DNA from: Octopus vulgaris
Lineage: Eukaryota
Assembly (NCBI GenBank): GCA_951406725.2
Contig: OX597819.1
Coordinates: 84,568,001-84,632,000, forward strand
Length of the DNA stretch: 64,000 nt
Direction of reading: 5' to 3'
Position numbers and translations under genes: made by a program. Shown one piece after another: positions 13,690 through 28,389 of this stretch (positions are counted from its first letter, which is position 1; the number at the start of each line of letters is the position of its first letter). Below the pieces are notes generated by a model. It was not told the origin of the DNA, made no database searches, and saw nothing but the letters and a program-made list of their open reading frames with translations.

Positions 13690-14200
13690 TGAGGCAAGTG
13701 AAGTTGGTGTCGTGGCCGATGACAGTACCGCCTGATTGGCACCCTTGCTGGTGGCACGTAAAACAGCACCATTTGAGTGTGGTTGATGCCAGTGCTGGCT
13801 GACTGGCTCCCATACCAGTGGCATGTAAAAGGCACCATTCGAGCGTTGTCGTTGCCAGTGCCACCAGGCTGGCTCCCATGCCGGTGGCATGTAAAAAGCA
13901 CCATTCGAGCGTGGTTATTGCCAGTGCCACCTGACAGGCTCCCGTGCTGGTGGCACATAAAAAGCAGCATTCATGTGTAGTCGATACCAGTACTGCCTGT
14001 CTAGCCCTCATGCTAGTGGCATGTAAAGAGCACCCACTACACTTTCGGAGTGGTTGGCATTCGGAAAGGCATCTAGCTGTAGAAACTTTCCAGATTGGAT
14101 TGGAGCCTAGTGCAGCCTTCTGGCTTACCAGCCCTCAGGCAAACCATCTAACCCATACCTGCATGGAAAGCGGACATTAAACAATGATGATGATGATGAT
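13690..14200 (+). mobile_element. RTE-type 3' end with about 5 tandem 60-65 bp units
   Basis: Repeated ...gccagt..actggctcccrtgccggtggcaygtaaaaagcaccattcgagcg...; explains the repetitive ORFs at 13623-14180. Confidence 0.85.
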
Positions 14201-14314
14201 GACATAGAAATCTAACTTGCTAGCTAGATAGATAGATAGAAGAGAATAAACATTTCCCTCATTGCTCTCCCATCAATTGATACCATGTTCATCATAATAT
14301 TCATTTTCCTTTAA

Positions 14315-14638
<324 letters not shown>

Positions 14639-16240
14639 TAATTTTCAATTTTTTTTATACTTTGTTCAAATGAAATTGAACTGTACAAATAAAACTGGGT
14701 CTACAGATAATTTTTTAAAATCATGGAGTTTACTTGCTATTGTTGCTTTGACTCAGGTTCTCACTGAGTGGAGCTATGATTAAAGGTGTTGCAGCCATAA
14801 CCATCCTTTTATATATATATATTTTTTTAGGCACAAGCATATGTAGGACTATATTATCCTTTTTCTCCTTTACATTTTAACATGGCAGAATATAATTTGA
14901 AGAAGATTAGGCTGCTTATTATTTTTGATTGAGTAATTGCATTATGGCTTTCTTATTGGATTGGAGCTTGCAAAAGTAATTTGATGTTGAAGAATGGTGG
15001 CACTGTTCAAATAGCAGCTTTGAGCTGCAGCCAACTTTTGCTTTGTTATCCAAAGTATCTCCATCAGTGTCTTTTCACAAGAAATTTGTGAGCACAATTA
15101 GATTAAAACTTTGTGAATATTTTCTGTCCTCCCAGAATGTGGAGATGATGGATAGTCTGAATTTTGTGAACTAACATCTCAGCAGTTCACTGTAAATAGT
15201 GCACAGCCTGGTTATCAAAAACAACCACTACACAATGTTTGGTTGATCTTGCCAGAACATATATGTCTCAAAGCTTAAATTGAAGTTCATGTCTTTCTTT
15301 TATTTCATTTACATGGTGAAAAAGTTTCTGGAGTTGATGGTCTGAGCCATGATCTGCTTTATATCTGTTTCTTTATAATGATATGGATAACACTATACAT
15401 ACTTTACTAATCAGTCTGAGATATATGTCTGAAGAATGATCCTGTCTAGAATATCAGAGCTCATCTCTCCTTGAGGTACATGGACATGTTTTCTTTTATG
15501 AGTATTATATTAATCAGCTACACTGAATGCTGTAGAGGAGAGATAAGTATTTAGTGAACCAAATCTATCTTATTTTCAACATTCTGTTTCATTTACTCCC
15601 AACACTTTGAGAAAGATATGATGTTATATGTTCAAAATGCCATCTTTTTTATAAATGTCAGGTTTTGGGTTTGGATAACAAGTCTTAATTGACTAAACAA
15701 GCAGAACAATGACTTTGAGGTAACGATTCATCATAAACAATCTTGATTAATGTATGTGAACAAGAGACAACTGCTGTTGTTTGGAGATGTAGTATTTATA
15801 ATATATTAAGTAAATAAGTCCTTAGAATTGGTGTAAGTAACCGAGGAAAATATGAGAGAATGTCAATAGATCAGATCAAAGAATATCTTTCCTCATAAAT
15901 AACATACATAGGATTGAGACACATGAGATAATGTTATGTATATCCATCTAATCTAGGCTAGTAAGTGGATACCAAGACAGTAATGATAATGACAACAAGA
16001 ACGAGGATGGATGGATTGGGAGATAGTAAGCATAAACTTCCTTTAAATGATGTTTCCTTCTACTCCTTTGGGTACCGGACTTATTGACTTGTAATTTTTT
16101 GTAGTGAGGGATGTTGAAGTTTACCCTAAATCATCTACGGTTCACTTCCTGGAATTCTTGTCATCATTGACTAGGAACCTCTTTCTGTCCAGATGCATCA
16201 TCATTTTACTTGGTTTCTTTCTCACAAAAAATATCTTTGA

Positions 16241-16618
<378 letters not shown>

Positions 16619-16885
16619 TAGTGTTTGTAGTGTACCCAAAGCTTCACTGGTTTGGAAAACCTATTACTTAAGCACTTGTCCAGTCCCTAACTTGCTGAAT
16701 TAGGGAAGTTCAAAATGTTTGAGTATATATCAGATACCGTAGCAACAAATTACAATTTTTAAAATAACTCATCATTGGTCAGAAATGATGCAACAAAACC
16801 TGTTATTTAATTTTTCAAAGTAATCAGAGAAGGAACATCTGGTTTATTTATTTCTATTAATAAACTGTGTTATATATTACCATAG

Positions 16886-17143
<258 letters not shown>

Positions 17144-17691
17144 TAAACATGAAACTTTTCTTTCTTATTTGTTATAGTTGTAGTAATAAGAAGACAACTA
17201 TAATAGCTTTGATTTATGATTAAACATTTGCTTCTGGTTGTTTATATCTTTTATCATCTTCTAATTATTTCAGTCTGTAACCATACTAGGGCACTGCCTT
17301 AAGGGTTTAATGAAGCAAATTGACTACAATACTTTTTTTAAAAGTCTGATACCTATTTTATAAGCCTGTTTTGCTGAACCCACTAAGTTATGGGGGGTGG
17401 GATAAACAAACCAACACTAGTTACCAAGCAGTGATGGGGGGCAAAAGTCACTGAGCCTTACAAAGGAATGACAAAGAACCAAGATATCTGGAACCTTGCT
17501 GTACTCAAGAAGACCCATCCACCACAGATGAATTAATACTGGTGCTGGTGCTACATAAAAAACACCCAGTATACTCTGTGGAGTAGTTGGTGTTAGGAAG
17601 GGCATCCAGCCATAGAAACCATGCCAGAACAGGTAATGGAGTCTGGTGCAGCCTCCAGCCTTACCAGCTCCCATCAAACCATCCAACCCAC

Positions 17692-17965
17692 TCCAAAAAA
17701 CTCCATAAGATGTACCCGGTGTAAGCTATGGACACATAAGAAGTGCAGCAATATCAGAGGAAGGTTAACTGAGAAGACAGTTTTTGTGTGTGGAAAATGG
17801 ACAGGTGCCATAAACACCAAAAATGTACAGAAAACAGATTCCATCACATGCTAGGGAGAAAAACTAGAAGTAGTTGATAGTTTCCATTAGCTAGGTGACC
17901 AAGTCAGTAGTGAGGGGTTGATGCTCTGACTGTGTGGCTACTAGAATAAGAATAGGCCAGGCAAG
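17692..17965 (+). mobile_element. RTE ORF fragment with Cys/His finger
   Basis: NSIRCTRCKLWTHKKCSNIRGRLT...KLEVVDSF..LGDQ; same segment at 56890-57105 (+) and about 54290-54517 (-). Confidence 0.75.
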
Positions 17966-18961
17966 TACTATATTATCTAGCTTGTCCTTCCTTCTTTAAC
18001 ACCTTGGAGCTTGATTTAATAGCTGGTATTTCTAACAAATGGAGCAACTACAGAAGAGTTCTGTTGTTAGTTGGTTACAATTTTTGTTGTAGGTGATCAT
18101 ATTTTAATATTGCTTATTGTTCAATAATGACAGATGACAGACAGATGTTATAATACCAATATGTTCGCCTTAACCAATGTAAGAATCAAACTGATGTTAA
18201 TCATAGATGCAGGGATGGCTGTGTGGTTAAAAAGCTTGCATTGCAACCTCTTGGTTTTGGGTTCAGTCCCACTACATAGCACCTCCGGCCCTCTACTATA
18301 GCCCCACTTGACCAATGCTTTTAGAGTGAATTTGGTAGATGAAACTTTGTGGAAGCCTGTCATGTGTGAGAGAATATTTTTGTGTTTCTGTTTGTCCCTC
18401 CCTCTCCACTCTGACAACCCAGTTTGGTTAAAGAGACCAATAGACTAAGTGCCAAACTTAAAAGCAAACACTGGGATTGATTTGTTCAACTAAAGCCTTC
18501 AAGCTGGCATCCCAGTATGGCTGTGGTCTAGTCCAATGACTGAAACAAGTAAAAGATAAAAGATACAGAAATACAATCATAATAAATATTTTAAAATTAT
18601 CTTCACATGACCTTATATGTTATTTGGGAACATATTGTTTAGTTCAGGGATATGAAGTATATGGCCTGGAAGCCAGATTTAACCTTTAACATGCTATAGG
18701 TGCACCCTGTCACTTTATGAGTTATCTCTCCTGTAGCAGTAGGGCAGTGATAGGGGAAATAGTTCTAGAGAAAATGCAATGTACTAAAGGTTAACCTGTA
18801 GCAATGCTTAGTGTGACCCCCAAGTTCACTTTTATATAAAACAAATTCAACACCCATGGTTTAGTTTTTGAAATTCTTCCTGTGTTCAGTTGTTAATGCT
18901 TATATATCCTAGTCATTACTAGTAAAGATGAAGAAAGATTTTTAGTTTCTCCTTGTGCTGA

Positions 18962-19584
<623 letters not shown>

Positions 19585-20516
19585 TAATTTGTTTCCTTCC
19601 TGAACAGTTTATGATTTGCAGAAGCCTCCAGTTCTGTAACTCTCTTGTTTAGGAAAATAATTTATTAATATACATGTAGGATCTTTAAGAATAAATATCT
19701 ACTTTCAATATTTTGTGGAAAAGAAGTATTAAATAATTAGCAAAATATAAAAAAAATCATTCAAACCATTAAGAAATTAATGATTATATATGCAGCTTAT
19801 TGTTACATAAGTAGCTTTTTAAAATGAAGTCTTTCTAGGTGTATTCGAATGCAAGTGAAACAGAATACAATATCTTGTTTCTTTCAATATTAACAAGTCT
19901 GATAATACTTTACTTAGCTTCTTTAATTAAAACCAACAAACATCCAGTGATAATTGTGAATGAGAATTTCTATAAATCACATATTTGTTAATAAGCTCTC
20001 AATGAAAGTCTTCTGTTGTAAAGTTATCAATTTACAGAAGCTTAAATTTATTTAGTGTAAGAGCATTTCTATACCTATCTTTTTTGTATAAAGTGGTACC
20101 TTACTTACAAACTTTTGCAAAAAAGAGACTAGCATTTGTTTTGGGCTGTAACTCTTTATAATTTTAATGAAGCCAAAAGTAAAAAATATATTTTTTTTAT
20201 AAAACAAAAACTTGAAAATGACTCAGTCCAAACTAACCTTATTTCATACATACATCATACTTTCTCCTTTATTACGAAAGATCAGCTTAGCATACAATTA
20301 GGTTATAGTTGTAAAAATTACAAATGTTCTCTTTGAAAAGTTCAAAGTAGATTTGTACAAGATATGTAATTGCTTTTATTTATTGGGATCAGACAAATTT
20401 GGAGCAAATTGTATAATATTAATAATATTAATTTAAATCTTTAAACCGGTTCTTGAAAAAAAAATAGCCTTGTTACTTTTTACCTAAGATCTAAGAGCTA
20501 AAAATCCTGTTTTTAG

Positions 20517-20599
20517 GTGATGGATGTCGTTGTACATTGTCTTGATCTTTCTCAATTGAAAAGTAAAGGATTACAAGAAGTATTCCCAGCTATTTGCAG
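20517..20599 (+). CDS. WDR7: WDR7 exon: VMDVVVHCLDLSQLKSKGLQEVFPAICR
   Basis: tttttag acceptor, ag|gtattt donor; matches VMDIIMYCLE...KGLQECFPAICR. Confidence 0.95.
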
Positions 20600-21944
20600 G
20601 TATTTCATTTCATCTTTTATCTTTTACTTGTTTTAGTTATTAGACTGTAGTCATGCTGAGGCACTGCCTTGAAGAATGTTTTTTTGTGAAGCCTGGTACT
20701 TATTCTGTCGGTTTCTTTTGCCAAACTACTAACTTACAGGGGCGTAAACACCCCAACACCAGTTGTCAAGCAGTACTGGGGGACAGACGGACACACATAT
20801 ATGTATCTTCTTTCAGTTTCCATCCACCACATCCACTCACAAGGCTTTGATCAGCCTGAGGTTCTAGTAAAAGACACTTGCCCAAAGTGCCACACAGTGG
20901 AACTGAACCTGAAGCCTTCTTACCGTACAGCCACCCTATGAATTATTGAAATATTAGTGGAACAGGTACGGTAATGTCCCATACTTAAATGTGTTTAAGT
21001 ATTTTGTTTTGCTTCTCAAGGTTTTGCCTTCCCTTTAATAAGGGGGAGTGGAAAAATATTTCTCCAACATTTATGGGTAGTCCTAATATTTGTCAATTTG
21101 AGAATCACTGTTATAGGATAATCTCTTGGCAAGATTAGTGAGTATGTATTCTACCACTGGTACCATGATATGCTCTGGATAAAGAATAAAAAAACACCCT
21201 TTTTTCCCCCTTACTTAACATCCCCTAACCCAATAAATATCCATTTTTTGCATCACAGTGCAGATTTTAAAAAATAGAAAACAAATCAGTGTACTGTTTG
21301 GAGGATTTACAATGAAGATATTAATTGATATTAATACTTTGGATTAATCTGGCATGCAAGTCAATGTAGTATGTAGTGTAAATATGTATTAAAGACATTC
21401 AAACATCACTGTCTTTCCAAATCTTGCTACTTATGGAATTTTTAGTCTCCCAAAGTTGTCTTGGTAAATAAGCTGTAAATTTTGCTCTGAAAAATTCAAC
21501 TTCTATGCCAGAAAATACTGAATTTATACTGTGAGCATTAAAACCAGCCAAATTTAATGCACACACACATTTGTTCCATTCAGCTACATCAATCTTTACA
21601 GGTACATTAAATTTCATAGTAAAAATCATTCACATTCATAGCTTCAAATAAGACATCATTTTTTTTTAGTTTTATAATTTTCTCATTTTTACACGAATAC
21701 CTCAACACATCTCACATATTATGATTTCTAAATGGGTTAAGGTATATTTTTGCTTGTTTTTACATTGATGCTGTGTCACCATCATCTGTGATGGAATGAT
21801 AATTACTGAAAAGATAATGGTAATGTGAAGTACATGTTTTGGTGTGGAAGTCAATAATGATCTTCATTATCATGAGTATAGATTTTTTTTTCATAAAATA
21901 AATAATGCAGATTCTGTCATTATCATCACTACAACAACAATAAT

Positions 21945-22352
21945 AATGGTTTCAAATTTTGGCACAAGGCTAGCAGGTCTCAGATAAGAATAAGTCGATT
22001 ACATTGACCCTGAAAGAATGAAAGGCAAAATTGACCTTGGTGGAATTTGAACTCAGAATGTAAAGATGGATGAAATGCCACTAAGCATTTTGCATAGCAT
22101 GCTAACAATTCTACCAGCTCACTGCCTTGATAGTGATAATACTAATAATAATAAAAATCCATTCTACTATAGGCACAAAGCCTGGTATTTGTGGGGATGG
22201 GAAGAGTAGATTACATCGGCCCCAGTACTTAACTGGTACTTATTTTATTGATCCTGGAAGGATGAAAGCAGGATTTGAACCCAGAAAGTAAAGACATGAA
22301 ATGCTGCTAACCATTTCACCTGGCATGTTAATGGTTCTGTCAGCTCACCACC

Positions 22353-22389
<37 letters not shown>

Positions 22390-22610
22390 TAATAATAATA
22401 ATCCTTTCTACTATAGGCACAAGGCCTGAAATTTGGGGGAGGGGACTAGTTGATTATTTGACCCCAGTGTTTCACTGGTACTTCATTTATCGACACTGAA
22501 AGGATGAAAGGCAGAGTCGACCTTGGCAGGACCTCGGAGTGTAAAGACAGATGAAATGCTGCTAAGCATTTTGCCAGACATACTAATGGTTCTGCCAGCT
22601 CACCACCTTA
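21945..22610 (-). mobile_element. Three tandem SINE family B copies separated by (AAT)n
   Basis: Reverse complement of the 4062-4300 element, repeated three times. Confidence 0.8.
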
Positions 22611-22619
22611 ATAATAACA

Positions 22620-23130
22620 TTGTTTTGTCTTGGTATAAAAGATGAGCTACAGCAAATATTCTGCTCAATACCACAGATTTGCTTGTCAGTTGTTTGACCG
22701 TAACCAGTTGAGCATGTCCCTTAGTGGCTGACGATATGTGCATCTCTGATCACGAGCAGAAGTAGTGGGGGAGCATCATAGCCATGTGTTGAGAGGGATT
22801 CTTTGGGGTTTGAATAATTCACCTCTGGAAACATGGGTGGTTCTTTCAACATCCTTAAACAACCCTTATTCAGGGACCTTTTGAGCGGGATGGGCTACTC
22901 AACCTGAAGAAAATTCTAACTGGTCCCCACCTGCAAGGTCATGTGCTGTTTATCTTGATATGAGATCACCATGTCGCGCACATATGGTTGTGATGCATGT
23001 GCCTGGTGTACCCTTATCAGACGGGTAGTCATGATGGGTATATTGGACTTCGTATATTTTACCCCAGTGTCACTTTGATGGCATGCACTGCTCTCTCACT
23101 CAATAATAATAATAATAAATAATAATAATA
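22620..23130 (+). mobile_element. Non-coding 3' end of a retroposon ending in (AAT)n
   Basis: Ends ctctctcactc(aat)n; diverged second copy at about 1466-1633; clade not determinable from this piece. Confidence 0.65.
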
Positions 23131-23193
23131 CAGCAATAATAACAACAAAGATTAACAAGCAGAATTACAAGTTTAATTTTTGGACTGTTGCAG

Positions 23194-23296
23194 ATTTGGT
23201 ATGGTTACATATTGTAGTCATAACAAGAGAATTTGGGTTGGTGCCAAAAATGGAACTTTGGCTTTCTATGAATTAAAACCACATTCAAAGTGTACT
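23194..23296 (+). CDS. WDR7: WDR7 exon: FGMVTYCSHNKRIWVGAKNGTLAFYELKPHSKCT
   Basis: gttgcag acceptor, gtaagt donor, phase 2 to 0; matches FYMVSY...RIAVGARHGSVALYD. Confidence 0.94.
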
Positions 23297-25199
23297 GTAA
23301 GTATCAACATAATTTTAATATCTAATTATTGGATGGCAATCTGATGTATTAGTATAATATCATTTTTTTAAATTTGTTTTTATTGTTAATACTTAGGAAG
23401 AAAGTAATTGGTCAAAATTAATGCAATCAACGAATGGTAGGTTAAAACAGAACAATGGTAGAAAGAAAATTCCAGAAGACTGCAACACATGATTAGTTAA
23501 AGTGCTTAGTATAAGGTGTGAGAAAGAGAGAGAGAGAGAGAGAGAAAGGCAATGAGACAGGTGCAACAAATAGTTTTAGCTTGAAGTTATAATTAAAATG
23601 AGTGAAGACATAAGTTGAGATATAGTTCCATTACTCTTTTACTTGCTTCAGTCATTTGACTGTGGCCATGCTGGAGCACCGCTTTTAGTCGAGCAAATTG
23701 ACCCCAGGACTTATTCTTTGTAAGCCTGGTACTTATTCCATCGGTTTCTTTTGCTGAACCTCTAAGTTACGGTGACGTAAACACACCAGCATCGGTTGTC
23801 AAGTGATGTTGGGACAAACGCAGACACACAAACATACACACACACACACACATATATATATACAATGGGCTTCTTTCAGTTTCCGTCTACCAAATCCACT
23901 CACAAGGCCTTGGTCGACCTGAGGCTATAATAGAAGACACTTGCCCAAAGTGCCATGCAGTGGGACTGAACCCGGAACCATGTGGTTGGTAAACAAGCTA
24001 CTTACCACACAGCCAGTTGAAGACATTTTGGCACAGTCATTTTGGAGCTGCCTATTTGGTATTACTGATTTGGCACTGACTTGTTTGACAGTAGATGTAA
24101 TGTTTCTCTCTCTCTCTCTCTTTATGTGAGTAAGCATATTTCTCTAATGTGTATCAGGAGAAGGAAAATGGTAATGTCAGTCATATTTAATGAATAAATT
24201 GTAACGGCTCTCTCTCCCTCCGTATATGTGCATGTATTTGCATATGCATGTGTGCGTACATGTGTGTTTGCCTGCAGTTTCAAAAGTATTGTTCCCAAAA
24301 CAGGCTGATTTCCTGTCCAGTCATCCATTCCAAACTGTCAGTGTCCAGAAAACTACACCCAATTGTTTCACTCCATTACTTTATAAAGTCTTGTTAACTG
24401 AATGAACTGTCTTTTTCAGAGCAGTACTAAATACATACACTTGGCAGAACCATCCTGAGTGTGTGCATGTGTATGTAGTATTCATTGCAAAGTGCTTTTG
24501 TGCTGTATGTAAGATCAATAACTTTTTAAAGGTTGAAATATTTTCTGTCTCGAAATGGGTACAACTATGACAGTGTGAAAACTATGTGGTTGAGATCAAA
24601 GATCAGAGATTATAGCTAGCCTTTGCATCAAGTGAATTTATTTTAGATCTGTGTTCTTTGTAAGATGTAATGTTAGTATTATTTGTATGTTAACATTGGT
24701 GGAACTTACTTTCAATTATTAATTTGCATTAATTCATCTTATTTCTAAAAGATTTTGTCAATCTACTAAAAGGCATTAATGAAATTGATTTTAAAACTAT
24801 TATAATTTTTTTTAAAGCCTTTCATGAAATTTTAAATAAAATATCTGAATAAATTATTAGGATATTTTTTTTTTTTAGATTGTGAAACTACAGTTGATTA
24901 ATTTAACCCTTTAGCATTCAAATTTACTCTCAAATGTAATGCTTATCTATTATTACTGTTCCGAATTAATCATGCATTCACTTGTAGCTTTGGGATTTTG
25001 ATGACATGATAGTTTATTTTTGCAATTGTGATGATAGAATTTTTGTCAGTTATTTCAAATATGTAATTTGTCTATAACGTGATTAAATTTCATATGTTGT
25101 TAACCTAAGAAATTTCACATACTCACACATTTTGGGGGATACACACATATGTGTGTGTGTATGTATATGTATGTGTGTGTGTGTGTGTGTATATATAAA

Positions 25200-25492
25200 T
25201 AATAATATAATAATGAAATTATTGTATACAGTGCTCAGGTGCACCACAACTTGTCAGAAAGTGCATATAAAGTACATGCAGTAATGTAGAAATGTCTGGA
25301 AAGCGAACAATGTATGAGTCAGATACATGCTTGTGTGTGTATGGAGGGGAGAAAATCAAGTGTAGTGTTGGTGAATCTCAGGAAGTTTTGAAGGATGCAG
25401 TGCTCCGACAACTAACAACCGATGCCAGCAGTTTGTTCCATGCTTCAGCAACTCTCAGCGTGAAAAAATGTTTCCTGAAGTCATGGGAGCTG
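25200..25492 (-). mobile_element. CR1/L2-group LINE 3' end
   Basis: Minus strand reads DFRKHFFTLRVAEAWNKLLASVVSCRSTASFKT, typical CR1-group ORF2 C-terminus, then UTR and (TTA)-like tail. Confidence 0.75.
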
Positions 25493-26593
25493 TATATATA
25501 TATATATATATATACATACACATACACACATTATATACACTTATACAAGCATAAATATGCACGTGCATGCATGTTTGGTAATACAAACAGGAAAATAGAT
25601 CTCAAACATAAGGATATGTTTTATCAATTTTGACAGGCAGCAGTTACTGACTCAAGTTCTGAGAGTTTCTGTATTGGCACTTATCAAACTGATAAGTCTT
25701 TGATAAGTGCCAGTGCACGAAACTCTTGGTTTTCATGTCACTTTGTAACTTCCGTTAATTAATATATATATATATATAATATATCATCATCATTATTTAA
25801 CATCCATATTCCATGCTGGCATGGTTTGGATGGTTTCATAGCGTTCAGTGTATCTAAGTACTGCATCGTGCTCCAGTGTCTGCTTTAGCATGGTTTCTAT
25901 GGCTGGACTCCCTTTTTAATGCCAACCACTTTATAGTATGTACTGGGTGCTATTTTTGTGCCACTTGTATTATTGAAGTTGCCATGCAGCTCACAGAGCT
26001 ATAAACCCTGGTGAATGCGGTGGTGGTGGGTGTCAGCCTTATGTTAGAGGATGAGTGGATTGAATTATGGGGCTTGGGTCAGAACAGGTTCTTGCAGAGG
26101 ATCTGCATTGCTACTCACATCTACTAGGGGAGAGATAAATCATCATTGTCATCAGCATCATTTAATGTCCATTGTCCATGCTGGCATGGGTTGGACGATT
26201 TGACTGAGCTGGCATGCTGGAAGGCTGTACCAGGCTCCAGCGTAATGTGGAATGGTTTTCTAGGCTGGATGCCCTTCCTAATGCCAACCGAGAGTGTAAT
26301 GGGTGATTTTACATGCCACCAACATGGGTGCCATTTGCGTGACACCGGTATCTGCCATGACTGATTTTGCTCAGCTTGATGGATCTTCTTCTCAAGCATG
26401 ACATAATGCCAAAGGTCTTGGTCATTGCCTCTGTGAGGCCTACTGTAAAATAATAATAGTAATGGTGGTGATAGTGATGATGATTTCTTTTATTTTCCAT
26501 CAAGGCAGTGTTTGAGGAGGACAGTACAAAGACAGACATAAAGTGTGGGGATTTACATTTGGTGAAATGACATAAGTAGTAATAATAATAATA

Positions 26594-26748
26594 AGCCCCC
26601 AGACCAGATGGGATTCATGGCTTCTGGCTGAAGTGATGCCATGCAGTCCATGAAAGACTAGCAGCCCAATTGAATGAGTGTGTCCAGAAAGTCCCTGCGT
26701 GGATGGTGACCAGGAGGACAACATTTACAATGAAAGATAGAGGAAAGG
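26594..26748 (+). mobile_element. R4/Dong-like reverse transcriptase N-terminal fragment
   Basis: PDGIHGFWLK*CHAVHERLAAQLNECVQKVPAWMVTRRTTFTMKD; directly after a (TAA)n run. Confidence 0.7.
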
Positions 26749-26750
26749 TG

Positions 26751-27199
26751 AATTTCGACTGATTATACTTGAGACTGCTCCTATCTTGGCCAGCCCCAAG
26801 GAAAAACTAAGCTAAGAACATAGATTCCTTGGAAGAAAGCAGCGAATGTATACAAAAACAAGGATGAAAAAAAATGGACAATGTTACACAAATAAAATTA
26901 AAATAATAACAGGACATAACAATGGGTGTCTTTCGACTAAGGACGAATTAAATTAAGCTGGCATGTCTAGAAATGAAGCCGGTCACGTGGAAAGAGAAGA
27001 TGCCAACTTAATTTAATTCGTCCTTAGTTGAAAGACACCTGTTATTATTTTTATTGTATTTGTGTAACATTGTCCATTTTTTCCACCCTTATTTCTGTAT
27101 ATATTCTCTGCTTTCTTCCAAGGAATCTAATGCTCTTAGCTTAGATTTTCCTTGGGGCTGGTCAGATTGGAGCACTCTCAAGTATAATCAGTTGAAATT
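26751..27199. repeat. Long inverted repeat (about 200-bp arms, 35-bp spacer), then a 150-bp unique tail and (TA)n
   Basis: aatttcgactgattatacttgaga...aattaagctggcat mirrored by atgccaacttaatt...tctcaagtataatcagttgaaatt. Confidence 0.92.
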
Positions 27200-27384
27200 G
27201 CGAGGATAATCTGGTACTTGACTGAGGAAAGAAAACTTTGAATGACCCATCCTTGTTTTCTTTGTATCATCTATCTGGATGTTTTGTTGTCCCATTTTTG
27301 TATCACCTAACTGTCCAGATGTTTTGCGTTCTTGTCCCATTTTGTATTTATATATATATATATAGTAGCGTACATACACTTTGG

Positions 27385-27427
<43 letters not shown>

Positions 27428-28284
27428 TATATAAGGATTTATACACAGAGAGAAGACCTTCTTACATGCTAAAAAGAGCAGTTAAACCCAAACCATGGAA
27501 AAATAATTCTAAAGGCATACCAATGGCACTAGAATGAATAGAAGCAAAAAAAATTATTAGTTAATCCTATACTTGAGTTTTATTATGCATGTGAACCACT
27601 GGTAATAAATTATTATAATTTTTTACCCTCATAATTTACAGTATACACACACACACACACACACGCACACACACACACATGTTAAATCACATTTATCTAT
27701 TTGTTTTGCAAGATTCCTGATGTGAAATCATGTGTTGAAACATATTGTTATATTTTGGGAGTGTCATCTTTTTTTTTTCTTGACTAAATAAACACATGCC
27801 CTGTATATTTGTTCTTCACTTCAGCTTTATTATCGTTCGTCCTTTGTCTTAAATCTTTCATCACACGCCCTGTGACCTCTTCAGCGACTCTCCATCCCAT
27901 GTGTCTCCTCCTGTTCTGTTTAGTCCATTGTGTCTTTCTAGATAGAGAAAATTAAGACAAAGGACAAGCAGTGATAAAGCTGAAGTGAAAAACAAATACT
28001 TAATGCATGTGTTTATTTGGCAAAAAAAAAAAATTCCCATCCTGAAATATAACAATATATAAAATTAATCTTTGATATATTCTTTCTTAGCATACTTTTA
28101 AGCAAATTAAACACACCTTTCCATTTATCATATACTCAATAAATAATAGCTGCAATAAAAAAATATTTAGATGTATATTGTACTTGTTGCTAGAAGTAAA
28201 TGTATTTTTCTGTCATACAAATATACCTTACTTTGAGTTTTTTATTGCACATATTAATCCATAACACATTTTTTTTTCTGTTAG

Positions 28285-28389
28285 ACTATCAGTGCCCATA
28301 CTGGTCCTGTTATAGCTGTTATGGTTTCTCCAGATGGCAAACATTTAGCTTCATACTCACATGCTGATAGCAAATTAAAATTTTGGCAG
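28285..28389 (+). CDS. WDR7: WDR7 exon: TISAHTGPVIAVMVSPDGKHLASYSHADSKLKFWQ
   Basis: ctgttag acceptor, cag|gtaagt donor; WD40 repeat matching WDR7 C-terminus. Confidence 0.95.

Noticed and set aside
13623-14180. Overlapping repetitive ORFs; possible CRISPR-like array
   Set aside because: Tandem units of a retroposon 3' UTR with no unique spacers; eukaryotic intron and no cas genes.
14980-15900. Possible old retroelement coding remnant
   Set aside because: No motif could be read with confidence in any frame; needs a profile search.
21096-21110. hAT-like terminus ttgagaatcactg
   Set aside because: No partner TIR or TSD found.
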